DNA from: Trichinella spiralis
Taxonomy: Eukaryota
Length of the DNA: 64,000 nucleotides
Direction of reading: 5' to 3'
Assembly (NCBI RefSeq): GCF_000181795.1
Contig: NW_003526941.1
Coordinates: forward strand, 6,881,051 to 6,945,050
Shown here: piece after piece, positions 32,062 to 47,428 of the stretch
Layout of the letters: each line of letters opens with the position of its first letter
Position numbering within the stretch: position 1 is the stretch's first letter
Program-made: the position numbers and the translations under genes
The notes under the pieces: generated by a model
Seen by the model: the letters and a program-made list of their open reading frames with translations, nothing else
Databases searched by the model: none
What the model was told of the DNA's origin: nothing

Positions 32062-35000
32062 TTGATTTTCTCTATTCACGCACGCGCTTGCATATTTTTA
32101 TTGCTTTTATTGCAACGGATATATTTTGATAGACACGCCTGCTAAAATTTGGCGACATGGTTCAAGACATTTTTCAAAAAAATTTGCATCTCATATAACG
32201 CGGCTGTGTGCATGTGTGCATGCAATTGTGTTTATTGTTAAGATTCATTTTTTGGAAAAGAATTGATTTTTCTTCTGTTGAACTTTTACTGAATGAGCAC
32301 AATATTTTCAATAAATATACCTCAGTTATTATTATTATTTGAAAAATTAATATATACATTTTTTTTCTTCTACTTTTTTTCGTTTATATTGTTTTATGAC
32401 AAGTTAGTTGAGCTACCAGAATTCGGAGTAGTGGAAATGTTATATTTATTTGTTAAAACACTGAAAGATAAGCACGTCGACTAGAGTTGTTTATTTTTGT
32501 GTTGTTCATGTTGTGAGCATCAAATTAGCGGCTGTACATGACGAAGCTGATGCGTGGGTTGACTGACAAATTGCAAGCGTGTAGATTGAACAGGAGGAGG
32601 GAAGAGATAAGGGGAGGTAGGTTTGTAGGTGTAGAGGTTAGAGGTTATATATATATATATATATTTTTTTTTTTTCAATTCATATTGTTTGTAGTTTTTA
32701 ATAAATTATTCTTTGCATTTTAAAATTTTGCCAGACCGATATTTCTTTTTCTCAATTTTGAAACAATTTAAAGTGCGTTAATGAAAATGTGCATTTTGCC
32801 TTCTTCAAATTGAATTAATTGATTACTGCAACGGGTAGCAATTGTAGAGAAATTGCCGTGCCGGGTGAAGATTTTAATTAACAAGGCCAAAAGTGATTAA
32901 AGTTGATCGTAAACACGCATAGTGCAATAAATTTCACACTTGTCAAAGTTGAATTTATTATTTCGCGTCAAAAAGAAAAGCATAATTTGTATTTGAATGG
33001 AAATTTAACAAAATGAAAACACGATTAAATTTCGATTTATCTGGTGATATGTGAATAATTTAATTGCTTCTAATATCACCGTCGTCTCATTTCTATATGT
33101 TTTTATGTTTTATTGCCGATGATTGAATTCGAGCCGGAAAACTGAATTAATTTGAATTCAAGTGTTTCATTGAGCTTTTCCTCGATTATAATAAACACAC
33201 CAAACTTCAGCTGCTGTTGTGGAACATTGTAAACAAATAATCCTGTCATCATTCATCTGCTTGCACACCACATGTTTCACAGGATGCTTCTTGATCACGC
33301 AATAAATAAAAGCACAAAGTGACTTTTTGAAAATTCACTTCATTGGACAATTTTTTTTTCTTACTTTTTCTTTGATACCCATTTCCGCCAAGAAATGTGA
33401 TTTTTTTCATTTCAAAAAAATGACATATTTGTGTTGTTTTTTTAAAGATGAGATTTCAATGAAAATTATTTTATTCTTTCTGCTTTTCTTTTTTTCCTAC
33501 TTTTATGCAAATTGCTTAATCATAATAATCTTGTTGTTTGGGGGGGTTTCATTTTACTTCGATTGTATGCAAATTTTAGTTTGTTTGTCACAATATGTAG
33601 AGAAGTGAATGAGAAAGTATTCGAAATTCAATATTAATTGTTGGGATCATTTTTGATTTTTTACTTGTCTAACCCAGGCTAACTTTAAGTATGAAATGAA
33701 ATATATGCGCATTTGGAGAGAAAGAAGAGAAAATTGGAATTGGAAGAGTGAATGAGAGAAGAGAAGGGAACATATTTGCAATTTTTGATCATTTCATATG
33801 TTGCATTGTTCAACACCGTTGTCATTCATTAGTATTCAACTATGTATATAAGTGGGATTCAAATTACACATGTGGAAATTGAATTTCTTGCAAACAACCG
33901 TGGAAAATTGGTAATGAATCGGTTAAAAATTGATCCAGTTATATTGGAATTTTTAAAATAATTTCCATCCCAGTTGTTTCGTTTCAATTTCAATACTTTT
34001 CATTTACATATTTTTTTGTTTGCAAATATTTTTCAATATTTATCTTGTATACTTCATGTTTTTTTCTTGTTTTTTGTAAATTTCATTTTTTTAATTCAAA
34101 ATAGATTTGAGAAATTTTCTTACTATTGGATGGGATGGAATAGGTTTTGCAAGAATTGGATGCAAAATTATCAGATTAATATTTTCCACTTCAACAGTAA
34201 ATGGTAGTTTCTTACAGCAAATTATACTTACTTTTGTATTAAGACGGCTGCTGCTTGTCATTGGATAAACTTATGATAACAATGTGGTAGGTGCTTGATG
34301 CATGCAAAATTTCTGCTTTGTCAAGTGTTAATAAATGAAATCAAATGCTACAACGATGTCGAGAAATAATAATATTTAGAATTTAACAATTCAAAGTATC
34401 AGTTTTACTATAGCCGCCAAGTTGAAGGGAGAAACAACACGAACAACTGCATATATTTATGTATATTTCTATAAATAAATCAATGTATATATATATAAAT
34501 ATAATAAGTTTGTGTGTTTGCGTGCATGCGTCGTGTGTTGGTGTTTGTTTTGAATGCAAAGTTAACAAGAAAGAAAATGAAAATGCTTAAATCACTCTAT
34601 TATGTTCGATGCTTGCTAATAGCATTCAGTGAAACAATGAAGCATCAACTTTTGCTGGGGAGATTTTAAAATAATTAGCTCAACAGCGGCAATCAATGTT
34701 CATTTGTGAATTATAATAAATGCGCAGTTGTTTCAGTCAAGGCAGCCGAAGTTTAATCATTCAATTCCAGGGTGAGATGACAATGCAATTTCATCACATG
34801 GTGTCATATAAAGCTAGGCGACGTGTAATATCGGCGGCGTTCAATGTTGTGCATCACGCAGCACTTCTGACCAAATTTCCTTTACTGATTTTTTACTCCT
34901 CTCACCAGATGGAATCATTTCATATTTTTGCTTATTTAATGTAATTTTTTTGAAAATATATTTTTGTGAAGTGTCGGTTTTAATTAATAATACGCTTTTT

Positions 35001-37069
35001 TCTTCATTTCTATGATTTAAATTCAGTTTCAATCAACTTTCGCATGATTTATATCGTTGATACAGATCTGAAACATGTTGATCATCAGCTGTTATATTTA
35101 ACGCACTTAATTTTCAACAAAAGAAATACGCACATATATATATATATATAGTTTTCTTTCTATTTTTCTAGTACAAAAAAGAAGAAATATTGTTTTCAAT
35201 TTATTAAAAAATCTAAGCGAAATTAACCCTGAATGTGCAGTAATAACTGATTTGCAACATGAATATTATTGAAGCGTATTGAACACTGCTAAATTTATAC
35301 ATTTCTGAGAATGCATGTTTGGGTGTGGATTTGTGATGTATTGATTACAAATATTAATGGGAGAGAAAAGAAAAATCACTTTTTGCAAACAGAGCTATTG
35401 CTAATTTTGGTGGTTATTAAATTTGACATTTGAAAATTCAAATTTTGCTAAAAGAAGGGGAAGTGTTTCACAGGATGTTTTCATTTGCAATTTGCATTTT
35501 GAAGTTCAGAACATTTGTAACACAATAACAATATCAATTGAATATTTTCACCGTTGACTAGAAGAACATTTTTTGGTGATGATTATTTATTTGCCATGAC
35601 AAACCTGAGCAAAAGTGTCAGTTGTTTGAATGATATTTTTAACTTTCTTTTGGTAAAAAGATATTCGGAAAATGCACATTGTTCGTGGATCTGCTTTCTG
35701 CATTGAAATGGGATGATTTTTTTGCTGCTTTTAATTATTAACTTGTTATTATTAATTTTTTTTATTTTCAAAAATGATTCGTGAAAATTTTCATTCACAA
35801 ACACACATGCACAAACACTTATTCATATATAAAATTCAAAAAAACAAAATAAATAATTTCTGAAATAATGAAGAAATGAATATTAATTGTTTTATGTTGT
35901 ATGAAAATTTGCTTTTCTGTTAAAAAGTACAAAGCATAAATATTGATAATTTTCATGCATCATGTGTTTGCATTGCTTTTTAACAATTGAGATGTATTTT
36001 TGAAAAAAAAAATTTTATTTATTTCAAGAATTCAATTCAAATGAGTAATTTGACAATGATTTAATTCTTTGATCGGTCATCAGTTCAACAAAGCTGACAA
36101 GTTGCACTGATAGAATTGAAAAAAAAAGATTTTTTTTAGCTATGAACAACATTTTTTATGATAATTATTCAGTTGAGTTTTATACATTTCGTGATATATA
36201 TATATATATATATATGTAATGTTCAGCAGAAGATTCGTTGTATCCGATTATTATTTAGTTTTTGCATAGGCATTTATTATAATCACGATCAATTTTATAT
36301 TTTGAATTTATTTATTGCAGTTGAAGAAAAGAACAATAAAAATATGTTGTTAATTTTATTTATGAGTAATATTCAGATTAATTGTAATCGTTGAAGTATC
36401 ATTTAGCATATTTTATGTGAATAATTTTGCAATAACTTTTATTTCTGTTTTTTGGTCTTTCATGTTAATGCAATTCAAGCAGTATTATTATTATTATTGT
36501 CGTACTTTATCAAAAATTTAGCACGAATTGTAATTTTCACTAGTGCATAATGTCAACCTGATTATATTTTTTGTATACTGTGTATTTTGTGTTCTGCGCA
36601 TTTGTTTGATTAATTTATTTATGCTGTATAACAATTATAATTAATTAGTATTTGGTGAATATTAGTAAAGTCAAATGTTATAGTTTATTGTTGTTGTTTT
36701 TATTTTTTAGTTACTCTCATGATGTTTGATTGAATAGAGAATAAATTTGAAATATTTGCATTATTAATCAATTAACGTTACTACTAGACGATGAAAATGT
36801 TTCGCCTGTGGCATGAAGAACATATACTTCAAACGAAGATGTAAATTTTTAACGTTGTGTTGTTCATTTGCAACAAACACAGCTGCTCTTTGAAATGTAG
36901 ATCGACAGACAAGCAAACATTGTTTGCTTATTGTTGACGCATTGTGCGTTTTGTATATTGCCAATGTACACGTCAACGTGGTGAACCACATTTGATTGCA
37001 ATGCGGATTTGGTTTTGCTGTTCTGAACGGCAACAGTCTGCTTGCTTATATTGTGGCTAGCAGTTAGCA

Positions 37070-40000
37070 ATGGTGAACGAAGATTTCGAACCCTCTTCGT
37101 CCACAGTAGTACACGATGGTCAGTTTCCATTGCCAGTGCAAGTTCAGCTCAAGCAGAATCGGAGGCGGGAATCGCTTGAAGAACTCTTGCAACAGCTCTA
37201 CAATCCATGCGTTGCTATAGAACGACGGGGTTCGACTCTGGTCGACGAATCCGGCTCCACTACCGACGCATCCGATTTCAGCTTTTCCCTTCCACGCCAC
37301 ATTCGACCTGGAACTCGTCTCACCGAACAGAGCTTAAACGAACAAAGTAAGCACTTTGTATTCAATATTATTCACAACAGCAAAAAGAAAAAGAAATTAT
37401 TTTTCACTTACTCTAAAGTAATATTTAAATTATGTTTGTGTTTGCTCAACGTTACGTTAATTTATATTTAATTTTACATTTTTTGATATTAAAAATTAAA
37501 GAAAATTTTATTTCATCTAGACTGCTTTGAATTGACAAGTATCGAGAGAAATGAAAAATTGTTCATTATTTTCACGTTCAAAACTACAGTATACACATGA
37601 GTGAATATAAAAGCCATTTTTATGTGCTTATTTATTTATTGTGAGAGAAAAGTTATTTTCACTGCTATTAAAATTGCAATTTTTGTTAACAATGTTTAAA
37701 TTTATACCAACGGAAAGAAAAGAAAGAAGCAACAGAAATGTTGTGCGCTATCTAGATGAATAGTTTTCTTTTTTTTAAATTATGCTACTTTATTTGAAAA
37801 TGTTAAATTGAAAATGCTTCTCTAAAACCTGATTTAAAAATTTCATACATATTTTCTAAAAAGAAAAAGAAAGTAAATGTAAATTTATCTTTACAATTTT
37901 AATGAAAATTTTGAAAATCAAACATACATTGAATTGTGTTAAATTATTTTCAAAAATGTTAACAATTTTAAGAGAAGTCGGAATTGATCGCAATTACAGT
38001 GCAGCTGAGACATGAAATACACTTGGCGTCTCAGTCGTTGATTCGAGCGTTGAAACGCAGAAATCAGCAAATGTCGAAACTTCACTCTTTGTGCAATCTG
38101 CTATCGGCGATTCTACAAGCTTATTCCTCAAAAAGAAGTAAGTTATGCAAATGTTGTTGTTATTTGTTGAGGATTTTTTTGGTACCATTAGCAGTAATAT
38201 AATTTTTTTCCTTATTACAAAAATTGTTTATTTAAAAATCCATTCACAATGACCTCAGAGATTAATTTTTCAATTTTGCTGAAACGCGTTACCTCAGCCA
38301 GGGGAGAATGAACAAATCGGGCAAGTTCGGGTAAGCTGTAGGATAATGTTTATATGTTTAATGATGGAATATCGATTTTACTTCTCTGCTTTGCACAAAC
38401 TTATAAACATGCTTGAATAAATAAATTAAAATAAATAAATACCATGACCAGATTGATAATGCGTTGTTATGGTGGTAATAGAAATCAATTTTTTTCATTT
38501 TTATCATTGTTGAAGTTAAAATTGACAATAAAACATTAATTACAGAGAGACACAGCCATTTGAATCAAAGCTCAACGAATTATTGTTTTTTTCTTTATTT
38601 ATAATAATATGTAAAAGATGATAACATTAAATTCAATTGAACAAAAACAGAAAAACAATGCTTCAAGCTTTCAGTTGGGATTTCATTTATCAATTTTTCA
38701 TTCAATAGGTAGTAAATTGAGTTGTTTATTTAACAGCGCCCTCTATCTTTAGCTGTTCGTCGATAAAGCTCTACCGCATCTCCATTTCTATTGGTTGTAT
38801 TAATTTGAAATTGATATTTAATGGAATAGTTTGCCATCGTGAATTCGATTTATTTCATTTCTTTACAGGTGAAGACACGAAATTGAAATTCACCGTTGAA
38901 CCGATGAAATCCGAAAGTGGCTTTCAACAGTGGCTGGAGGCGATGCGTGCTGTAGCTCGTCTTCCTGGCGGTATACCACACGATTTCAGGCGAAAAGTAT
39001 ATTTTGTGTTCAATTTTTAAATACACTGTTATACTTTTTTTGTAATTTTTCACGTAATTGTTGAAAAATAATTGAAGATGTGGTTGAATTTGGCAGAAAA
39101 TTATTTGAAAACTGTTGGAATTGATTGGAATGAGGTTCGTTTGCGCACATTCAGCGAAAAATTGAATCCCGACGACAACGAGCTCAACATGCAAATTGTC
39201 AAAGTAAGAAAATGAACATTAATTAATTGATTGATTAATTATTGTTTAATAATAAACATTTCAGGATTTGCACAGAACAGGCTGGACAGGGTTGAATACA
39301 GATCGAGAACGAATTTTGCTGAAGCGAGTGTTGCTTGCTTATGCGCGTTACAACAAAACTATTGGCTATTGTCAAGGTTTCAACGTCATCGCCGCTCTCA
39401 TCATGGAAGTGATGGAAAACAAAGAAGAGCATGCTTTGAAAGTGAATTTTCTCCTTTGTTTTATTATTATTATTCGTACGGATAAATTTGTATATTTCAT
39501 GCAATATATTATTATTCAGGTTATGATCATGCTGATTGAGCACGTATTTCCGAATGATTATTTTGATCAAACATTGCGAGCTTTGTCAGTAGATATGATT
39601 GTTTTGAATGATCTTCTGTCTGTTCGTTTGCCGAAACTTTACAGTCATCTCGAATCATTGCAGAAACATTCAGGTAAGTTTAATTATTTGTTAAATTTTT
39701 TGAAAAATTTCCCCTTAAACTTTGATTACTCTTGAAAATATGAAATATTGATTATTGTGATGCGGTCACAATAACAAACTGACTCATTCGAATAAATCGT
39801 ATCGATTTGATATTGTGCATGCTGTGCAATTTCAAATTGCTTTGCTTGTGAATTGATTTTGTGAAAGAATTTTTAATTTAATATTTCCAAATTGGATTAT
39901 TATGATTATTTGTAGTTTAACAAATAATTAATAATTTAAGATTCCGAATACGAACCACCGTTGATTAACGTGTTCAGCATGCAGTGGTTTTTGACAATAT

Positions 40001-41993
40001 TCGCGACAGTTTTTCCAAAACATCTCGTCTTTCGAATTTGGGATTCAATGATGCTCGAAGGTTCAGAAATATTGTTGCGGGTGGCGTTGGCGACGTTCGC
40101 GAAAATTAGCCGGTAAGGGCGTTGTTCAAATATTGTTGTAATTTTGCATATGTTGTGATTTGATGTGATTGGATTGTTCGTTTCAAGGCAGACATTGAAC
40201 GCGACCAGTGCAGACGGATTTTACGAACTGATGAGCCGTCTCAGTAGAAAATTGCAAACAATGGGCAAAACGCAGTGCGAAAATTTGATCCAGCTCGTCT
40301 ACAGTATGGCCGATTTTCCATTTCCAGGCTTGCACGAGCTGCGCGACCGCCACCTTTGGAATATACAGCCATTTTCGTCCGGCTTTGGCATCTTTCGACA
40401 CCAAGTGATAAGTATTTTGAAATCTGAAAACGATCCACTTGGCTGCTCTGCTGCAATTGAGGATGATTTTGCCAGTAAAAAGTCTCTGTCGTTGTTCGGT
40501 GAATTGATTTAATTAATAATTCGATTAATTGATAATTTTTATTCCAATTTTTTGTGTTGTTTCTTCTTGTAGCGAAGAAATCAGTGTTGGATAAGCAAAA
40601 TTTGAACGCTTTGAAAAAGAAATACAATCAAATGAAGCAGCGTCAAAAGCAGGCGAAATTACTTTTAGAAGGTAGTAAATTAATAAACTTGCAATGGATT
40701 CCTGTTATTGTTGTTGTTGTTGTTGTTGTTGAATATTTGCATTTTCAGGTGGCCTTTTTTTGAATAATCCAGTGACATCTACGACAACAGTCAATCCTGC
40801 TCAAAGTGTCGTTTTTAATCACTTGTGTATCAACAGTCGCAATCGAAACAAAATTTGGTAATACTGTAAAAATAAATATGTGCATGCATTGAAAATTTGA
40901 ATTTTGTTTACAACTGAATTAATTATTCGTTTTGCAAATGGTGATGCCGAACAGTCAACGCGACGTTGCTTTTTCGTAAAATTAAAAATTTCCTTTCAGC
41001 ATACCGACCAATAGTTTGAGTCAGTCGGTCAGTGTGGCACCTTGCATTGTGCAACCGGCTAGCCAGCAACCGAAGCGCAGGTCGTCGTCTTCGAATCTGA
41101 GACGTGGTTCGCAGCTTTCGACGACTTTTTCACGTCTCGCAATTGGAGAAGAAAGCAGAAATTCGGACGACTTGACAACCGTCTGCACCACTGATCAAGA
41201 TTGGATGCTTTCCATTTCCAAGGGTCCGGAATTGTTCATGTTTCACTATCCTGTCCGCAGGTAAGAAATGGGGCGTGGGGTGGGGGTTGAGGCCGGGGGA
41301 TACCTCGATATTCGTATTTTTATTTTCCCATGACTTTGTAGATTTCAACGCTGTCACAGTTTTCCTGGAATTTACGAACAAGAAGAAGATACTGTGAGTG
41401 AGGTTTCCAAACGAGCGCTTGTAGCACGTTCATATTCATGTTGCCAGTTGGGTCGAAATTATTATTATTCAACAGATGGTGATTTGAAACATGTTATCCA
41501 TGATAATTCATCGTTGCACAGCAATTGCAAACGCCCAGAAGCGCTATTATCACTTAAGCGTTGCTCATCATCTACATCTGAAGCGGTGATCTGCAACAAC
41601 AACAACAACAACAACAATACGAACATCACGTCTGATGATTATTCAGATATTTCGGATGGTAATATTTCCATCAAGTCAAACAATAATCCAGATTCACTTT
41701 ATGCAGTTACTGTTCAACAGCAACGACAATTACAACTACCACCACCACCACCACCACAACAGCAGCAGCAACATCGTACATCTTGTCCAGTACGACAATT
41801 ACGGAGTGGAGTGTGTAATTCGACGACAACAACTCGAAGAAATACTTCAGAAATGCTGGAAAAATCCAAAGCAATCATCAACAGGTGTGCAAATGCAAAA
41901 CGATCGCCTACAGTAGCCATGGTGAATTTGTCTCATTCCAAGCAAAAATCGAAAATATTAATGAACGGTCGTCGCTACGGCTTATACGTTTAA
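37070..41993 (+). CDS. TBC1D30: Rab-GAP TBC domain protein, TBC1D30-like; multi-exon
   Basis: GFQQWLEAMRAVARLPGGIP; R-finger QIVKDLHRTG; LKRVLLAYARYNKTIGYCQGFN (Q-finger); YFDQTLRALSVDM; YEPPLINVFSMQWFLTIFAT..RIWDSMMLEGSEILLR; FPFPGLHELR; low-complexity Q/P/N C-terminus. Confidence 0.9.
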
Positions 41994-43596
41994 CGATAAT
42001 TTTTCACGCTTATGATGTCACTTTGAAATTTCATAATTGTTCTTGTTGTTTCTATTTTTTCTGTTGTTATCACTGTATTTCAATTTGTTCTATTCCACCA
42101 TTTACAGACTTTTCATCTCTTTTGACTTCATTCTTTTTTTGGTTTCAAATTTGAGGAAGAGAAATATTATTGAAATGGATTATTTTTCAAAAAAAATAAT
42201 ATTATGTGATAAAACTGCCACGTATTTGTATTTGGTTCGATTGAGGTTATTCACAGTGTATAATAGGAAAATTTTCATCTTGACCCAGAAATAAAAATTG
42301 CAACATTTAAATTTGAATTTTACAATACCTGAACTTCATCAGCGTTTGTTTACAGTATGGTACTTTTTGATACATTGGAAATCATTTGAATGAAGTCGTT
42401 GAAAGTTGTTTTCTTTTGTCAGGGAAATGAATTGCATTTTGACCGAATGGCTGAAGTGAAAGATTTATTTCAATATATTTCACAGTTTTGTACCATTTTA
42501 TGGACAAATTATTCTACATTATGCATCCTTCTGTGTGTGTGTCCATGAGATGAATGAATCACCAACACATGGAGAATCTTCTTTTCGGCTGTGGATGAGA
42601 AGTTTCTTCAGAAGATGCTTTCGCTTCAAGTTGTCGTTTCATCGAAAACTTTTCAATGGTTGAATATGATGTTACGTCATAATTAGATAAGCATGGACAT
42701 GTAGATCATCAAACAACACAGATAAAACGCAGACAACAATTACGTGGTCATTTATTTATTTCGCATAGTACGTGGCACAGGCAAGTCAGAAATTTCTGCC
42801 TTCAATAAGGTAATCATCAAATGGTGACATGAACCGAATAATATGAATATAGCGGTTGAATTCGTTAAAAAAATTAACTAATTAATTAATTTCAGTTAAT
42901 CGTCTAACTTTTCCAGCAGATGGCGTGGCAGTTGTTGATTCGAAGCGAAAGTATTTTTTCATCCTGATTTGTCATCAGTGCTCTTCTCCTAAAGTCAACA
43001 AATCTATGGCAATAACAATTCCCTGCAATGGTAAGTGTTAACATTTTATTTAAATAATGCTCGTATAAGCTGAGTGATAAAAGATTTCTTCATTTTCACG
43101 CGTTGTTTTCCATTTATGAGCTCCGAAGTGCATGTGAATGATAAGATTTTCCGCTGTTCAGTTTGTCGAATTGTTGGGTATTATTTATTTCTTTTTGAAA
43201 ATGCAGCTCAAATAACCGTTGGGTTTGTTTTCTATTGTTTTTCCGGTTAACGTTTCTTCTTCGTTAATTTTTATCTGGTTTTTTTCCTCTTGATGAAAAT
43301 TATCCTCTGCTTTACTTGACAGCAAACAAGCAGAAATATCGCAAGAGTCAGTGCAATCGGTAGAATTGTGAAATGTCAACGTACGGATGCCATTTTGCCT
43401 ATTGATTTGTATGCGTAATACTGTATGGCATCATTTTCACAGTGTTCATCACATAAGATTAACGTTTTATATAATTTTCTTTTCGTTTCACCTATTTAGT
43501 TAAATTCAGTTACAGCTTACATTGTTGAACATGCAATTTAAAGAAATTTTCTTTGTATGAAATTCCATTTATTATGTCAGTGAAAAAAAAGTGATC

Positions 43597-46566
43597 TTAA
43601 ATGAACATCTTGAAGAGCCACGTTTGCTCAATTAGAGAAAAGATGTAGAGGAAAAACTTGTCCATAGCTTCGTAGGTTTGCTTCAACGGTTGAATCAACC
43701 ATTGCACCGGCTAAAAAGCAACGACTCTATACTGCGCTCGTCAGATTATTTAGAGAGTGATAAAAAAAACAGTCTTGTCCTTTTGCCATTTTGAAGTCAA
43801 CTGCTCAACGAAAGGAACGTATAATTTTGTGCTAATTGAATCATAATGAAATACTGTTTACCAAATTGAATAATTCAGTCGCTGGTTTTGGAAATTGATG
43901 TACTAAGATCATCAGGATGACTGTTCCGAATGCTAAGCCGGAGGCGAACAGCAAGCTGGACGGCGTTTCCTTTCTTGGATAAACACTCAGCTCATGCCAA
44001 CCTTAAATGAACCTTTCTTTAGCGTACGCGTAGGAAAATAATTTCATAATTATTAATTATAAAATTCGCATATTTGTTTACTCGGCAGCAACTCACGATC
44101 GGCCGCTTCTGTGCAAGCAGGGTAGGGATAAAACAGATGAGCTTTTTCAATGTGGAAAGAAACTGCGCGAAACGCTACAAAATTCGACAGTGAATTTGAT
44201 CCAATCACTTACACTTCCATTATTACTCACTCCCTTCATAAGTACCCCGAAGCATATCCAAAGCCCCTTGTACACGTTGCCAGTGGGAAATATGCCAAAA
44301 TGAGTAAGCAATCGCCTCGCTATCACCACGTTTTAAAATATGTTCCGGAGGAAGGATCAAAGCTTTCATCTCAAGCAAATACTAGAGAAATAAATGTTAC
44401 TTATTCAGCTAACATATGCTTTTTTCAATTTCCACCTTTGGTACGTGAGGATTAAATTCCAACGCTCTGTGAATTGCCTCAACTGCAGACATTTCTGCAG
44501 GCGTCAAGCCTTTCTTCAGCGCAACACTAGGCGAGAATCTGTACAAAAAGGAAAGAAAAATGTAAAAAGTTCTGGAAAAATAATTAAATCTCACCTTTCA
44601 GCTACAAGTCTCACTTTCAGTAATGCAGCTGTATAACATATAGTTGCTGATTTTGGCAGATTGAACTCTGAAATTATTCTTCTTTAAATTCCTTTTTAAA
44701 TTTAAAATATCTGAAATCTGCATCACCATCATGTCTTGTCAAAATTGACTGCACTTCACCGTATGATTGCATTTCGAGCAAAGTTTCAATCAGATTTTCA
44801 TAAACATTTGCAACGTACACTGTAGGAAATTCTTTTATAAGCTGTGATAATTGGAAAATTATGAAATTTCTTCAATTCAAATATCTATATAATTGACCAT
44901 TACATCTTTCATTATTTTAACCGCCTCTTTTAAGCGGCCAAATCGACGAGCACACATGGCGAGACGTCGACGAATATATACCACCACATTCGTGTCACGT
45001 TCTTGACGTAAAGAGAATTTGCCATTAATCAATTATCAGTAAATTTAAATTCTTACTATGCAATGATTCTCTTTCCGAAGACATGCTTAATCCGTAACTT
45101 AGGGAATGACTTTTTTTGAAGTTGTCTTCTGCTGCTTTCAAAGCTAACTTGAACTTTTGTTCTGCCTTATAATTTATTTTTCATACAATTAGTTGGATAC
45201 AACAACAGTAAAGTAAAGTAAAGTAAAGCTTCACAGTGCTCACTTCGAAAACTGTTTGACATTCCTCTTCGGCTAGAAGAATCAGTGCCGTAGCGCAACT
45301 AAAGAAAAATATAAGAAAAGAACTGCCTATCTTAATATTATATACTATGTACTTCTGATTATGTGCCAAAGCTTTATGAGCTAATTCCAATCTCACTTTC
45401 GGATCTCTTTCTCGCCAAGCATTTTGCATTGCTTAAAAGAGAATTATGTATACGATAGAATTTTCATAACTATATTTTCTCACTTTCATATTCAAATTTC
45501 CCTGCATCGATACTGCATAAAAAATAATTCTGATGATCTTGGGCAGACAAATTCATATCATAATAAGAGAGCGCTTCTCGGCCAGTCATACTGGTGAAAC
45601 GCTGGTATTCCGCACCTCGAAATAAGCACATCGAATTGCGCCATACTTTACATTCTAAAAGGTGCATTTTCTTATAGCCAACTTTTAAACAAGATGGTAA
45701 CCTGGAACAGAGGAATCGGAAAGTGACGAACCGTTGCTTTCTTCTGCTTCTGAACCTGTGTTCTCATGTGAGCTATCAGTACGAACTTGATTCGGAAACC
45801 AAGTGCTCAGTGAATTTGTCGCTAGTGAATCTACATACGAACTGCAATACTTCTATTGAAAAAATTCACTATTAATAGCATACGCAAAAATCCAGCATTT
45901 CGTTTGTCGTCACTATTATTGTAAGGATAATTCAAAATTCTAAATTGGCCATTTAACTTAACTGAATGCTTCTGTTGCTTCTTTGGTTGAAAATTGATTT
46001 TGAACATTGAATTAAAAACAATATATAAATTAGGATCGGTTTGAGGAAAAAACGTCACTGTTTCGATTTTCCTTTCACAAAACAATTTAAGCAACTCTGG
46101 ACTAAATCAAATGCTATTAAGATTCAACTAAATACTTTTCAAAGTTCAAACTTATTCAGTTTGTAGTGTGCAATTCAGAAATATCAAAAATAAAACAATA
46201 ATATTCTGGTGTGATCATTTTTCCTGCCACAAGTGAGAAGCAAAGTTCTAAGGGTAGGCAGATTGGCTAATGATGAACTGAAGCTTACTAAGATGATTCC
46301 GGAGACAAGACTTGAAGTGGCTGCGACAATTATATAATATTTAGGGCTGACGTCGTTTACTATGACCGTAGCTGAAAAATAAATGTTAGAACATATCATA
46401 GGGTATACATATCGGTTGTTAAATCAATCAAGACACCTTGTTGAATTAATTCGTGAAGCTTAACCGGTACATGCAGAAGGTGAAATACCGCCATTACAAG
46501 AGCAAACCATAAAACCCATAAATATGTCCATGACCAGGTGATCCAAGATTTAAGTTGATCAAACAT
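43597..46566 (-). CDS. ST7: Suppressor of tumorigenicity 7 (ST7) homolog; multi-exon
   Basis: [155 protein letters not shown]; stop at 43597-43599. Confidence 0.93.
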
Positions 46567-47428
46567 GAGGAAATGCAAATGATCAAGAAACTTTATCCCA
46601 TTAATCGAAAGAAATTTAAATAAGTATTACTGTATTCTTACTATGATAAACATGTTGAAATGATTTTCAAGTATTAATGTTATTTTAATTATTTGATAAT
46701 TTTCTTATTTGTGAATTGTGATTCAATTTGAAAAATTCATTTAATTATGGATGTTTTTTGTATTACGTTTAATTTTATCACATATGCGGATGTGTAGCAG
46801 CGAATATAAATGCCGAATGATTCTAAGTAATTTTATGATAATATCTTTTTGAGCTTTGAAAATTGCTCGTTTTTACGTTATATATACTTCAATTTTGTAT
46901 ATGTTATAGTTTAACAGTGTTCTCTCTCCAGTAAATATTTTTCATCAGGATAGTCTGAGTTATTTTACCCTCTTCTGCTTCTCTGCTTATTTCTTGACAA
47001 TATTATTAGGCAGTATTACTGAATTATGAAATTAAGTGTATAGATTCAAAATAATTACTAATTAAGGGAATGAACTAGATAAAAATGAACTTGCTAATTA
47101 TGTGAATAACAATTTTAAAGTATGCTTTATTAAATTATAATTTTAAACTGTTGAATTGACAAACAACTTTTAAAATGGATCTCATCCAAAACCAAAGTCT
47201 GTGATGCAGATGAATTTGTAATTTAGAATTTAGAATAGTATTTCTTAAAGCTGATGACCACTGCATGTTGCATAAAACAGCAATTTAATTTTATATTCCT
47301 TTAAAAGTAAGGCAGTGTGAGAAAAGAGGCAGATAAAAGATATAAATGCAGAAAAAGGGATATAATTGAAGGTGCGACTCGTTGATTCATTTGTAAACGC
47401 ATAAATGAGAATAGTACTCTATCTCAAA

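Noticed and set aside
33273..35477. Exact 14-mer TGTTTCACAGGATG at 33273 and 35464, with TCACAGGATG also at 28280
   Set aside because: A few 14-mer repeats are expected by chance in 64 kb of biased sequence; no other support.
38308..38336. Possible alternative first exon of TBC1D30 (ATG AAC AAA..GG|GTAAGC)
   Set aside because: Phase 2 donor is out of frame with the next exon and gives an immediate stop.
42490..43400. Short minus-strand ORF fragments downstream of ST7 (43185-43379; MKRQLE..PKRRFSMCW near 42560-42643)
   Set aside because: Could not be joined into a consistent gene model; may be UTR or an alternative ST7 exon.
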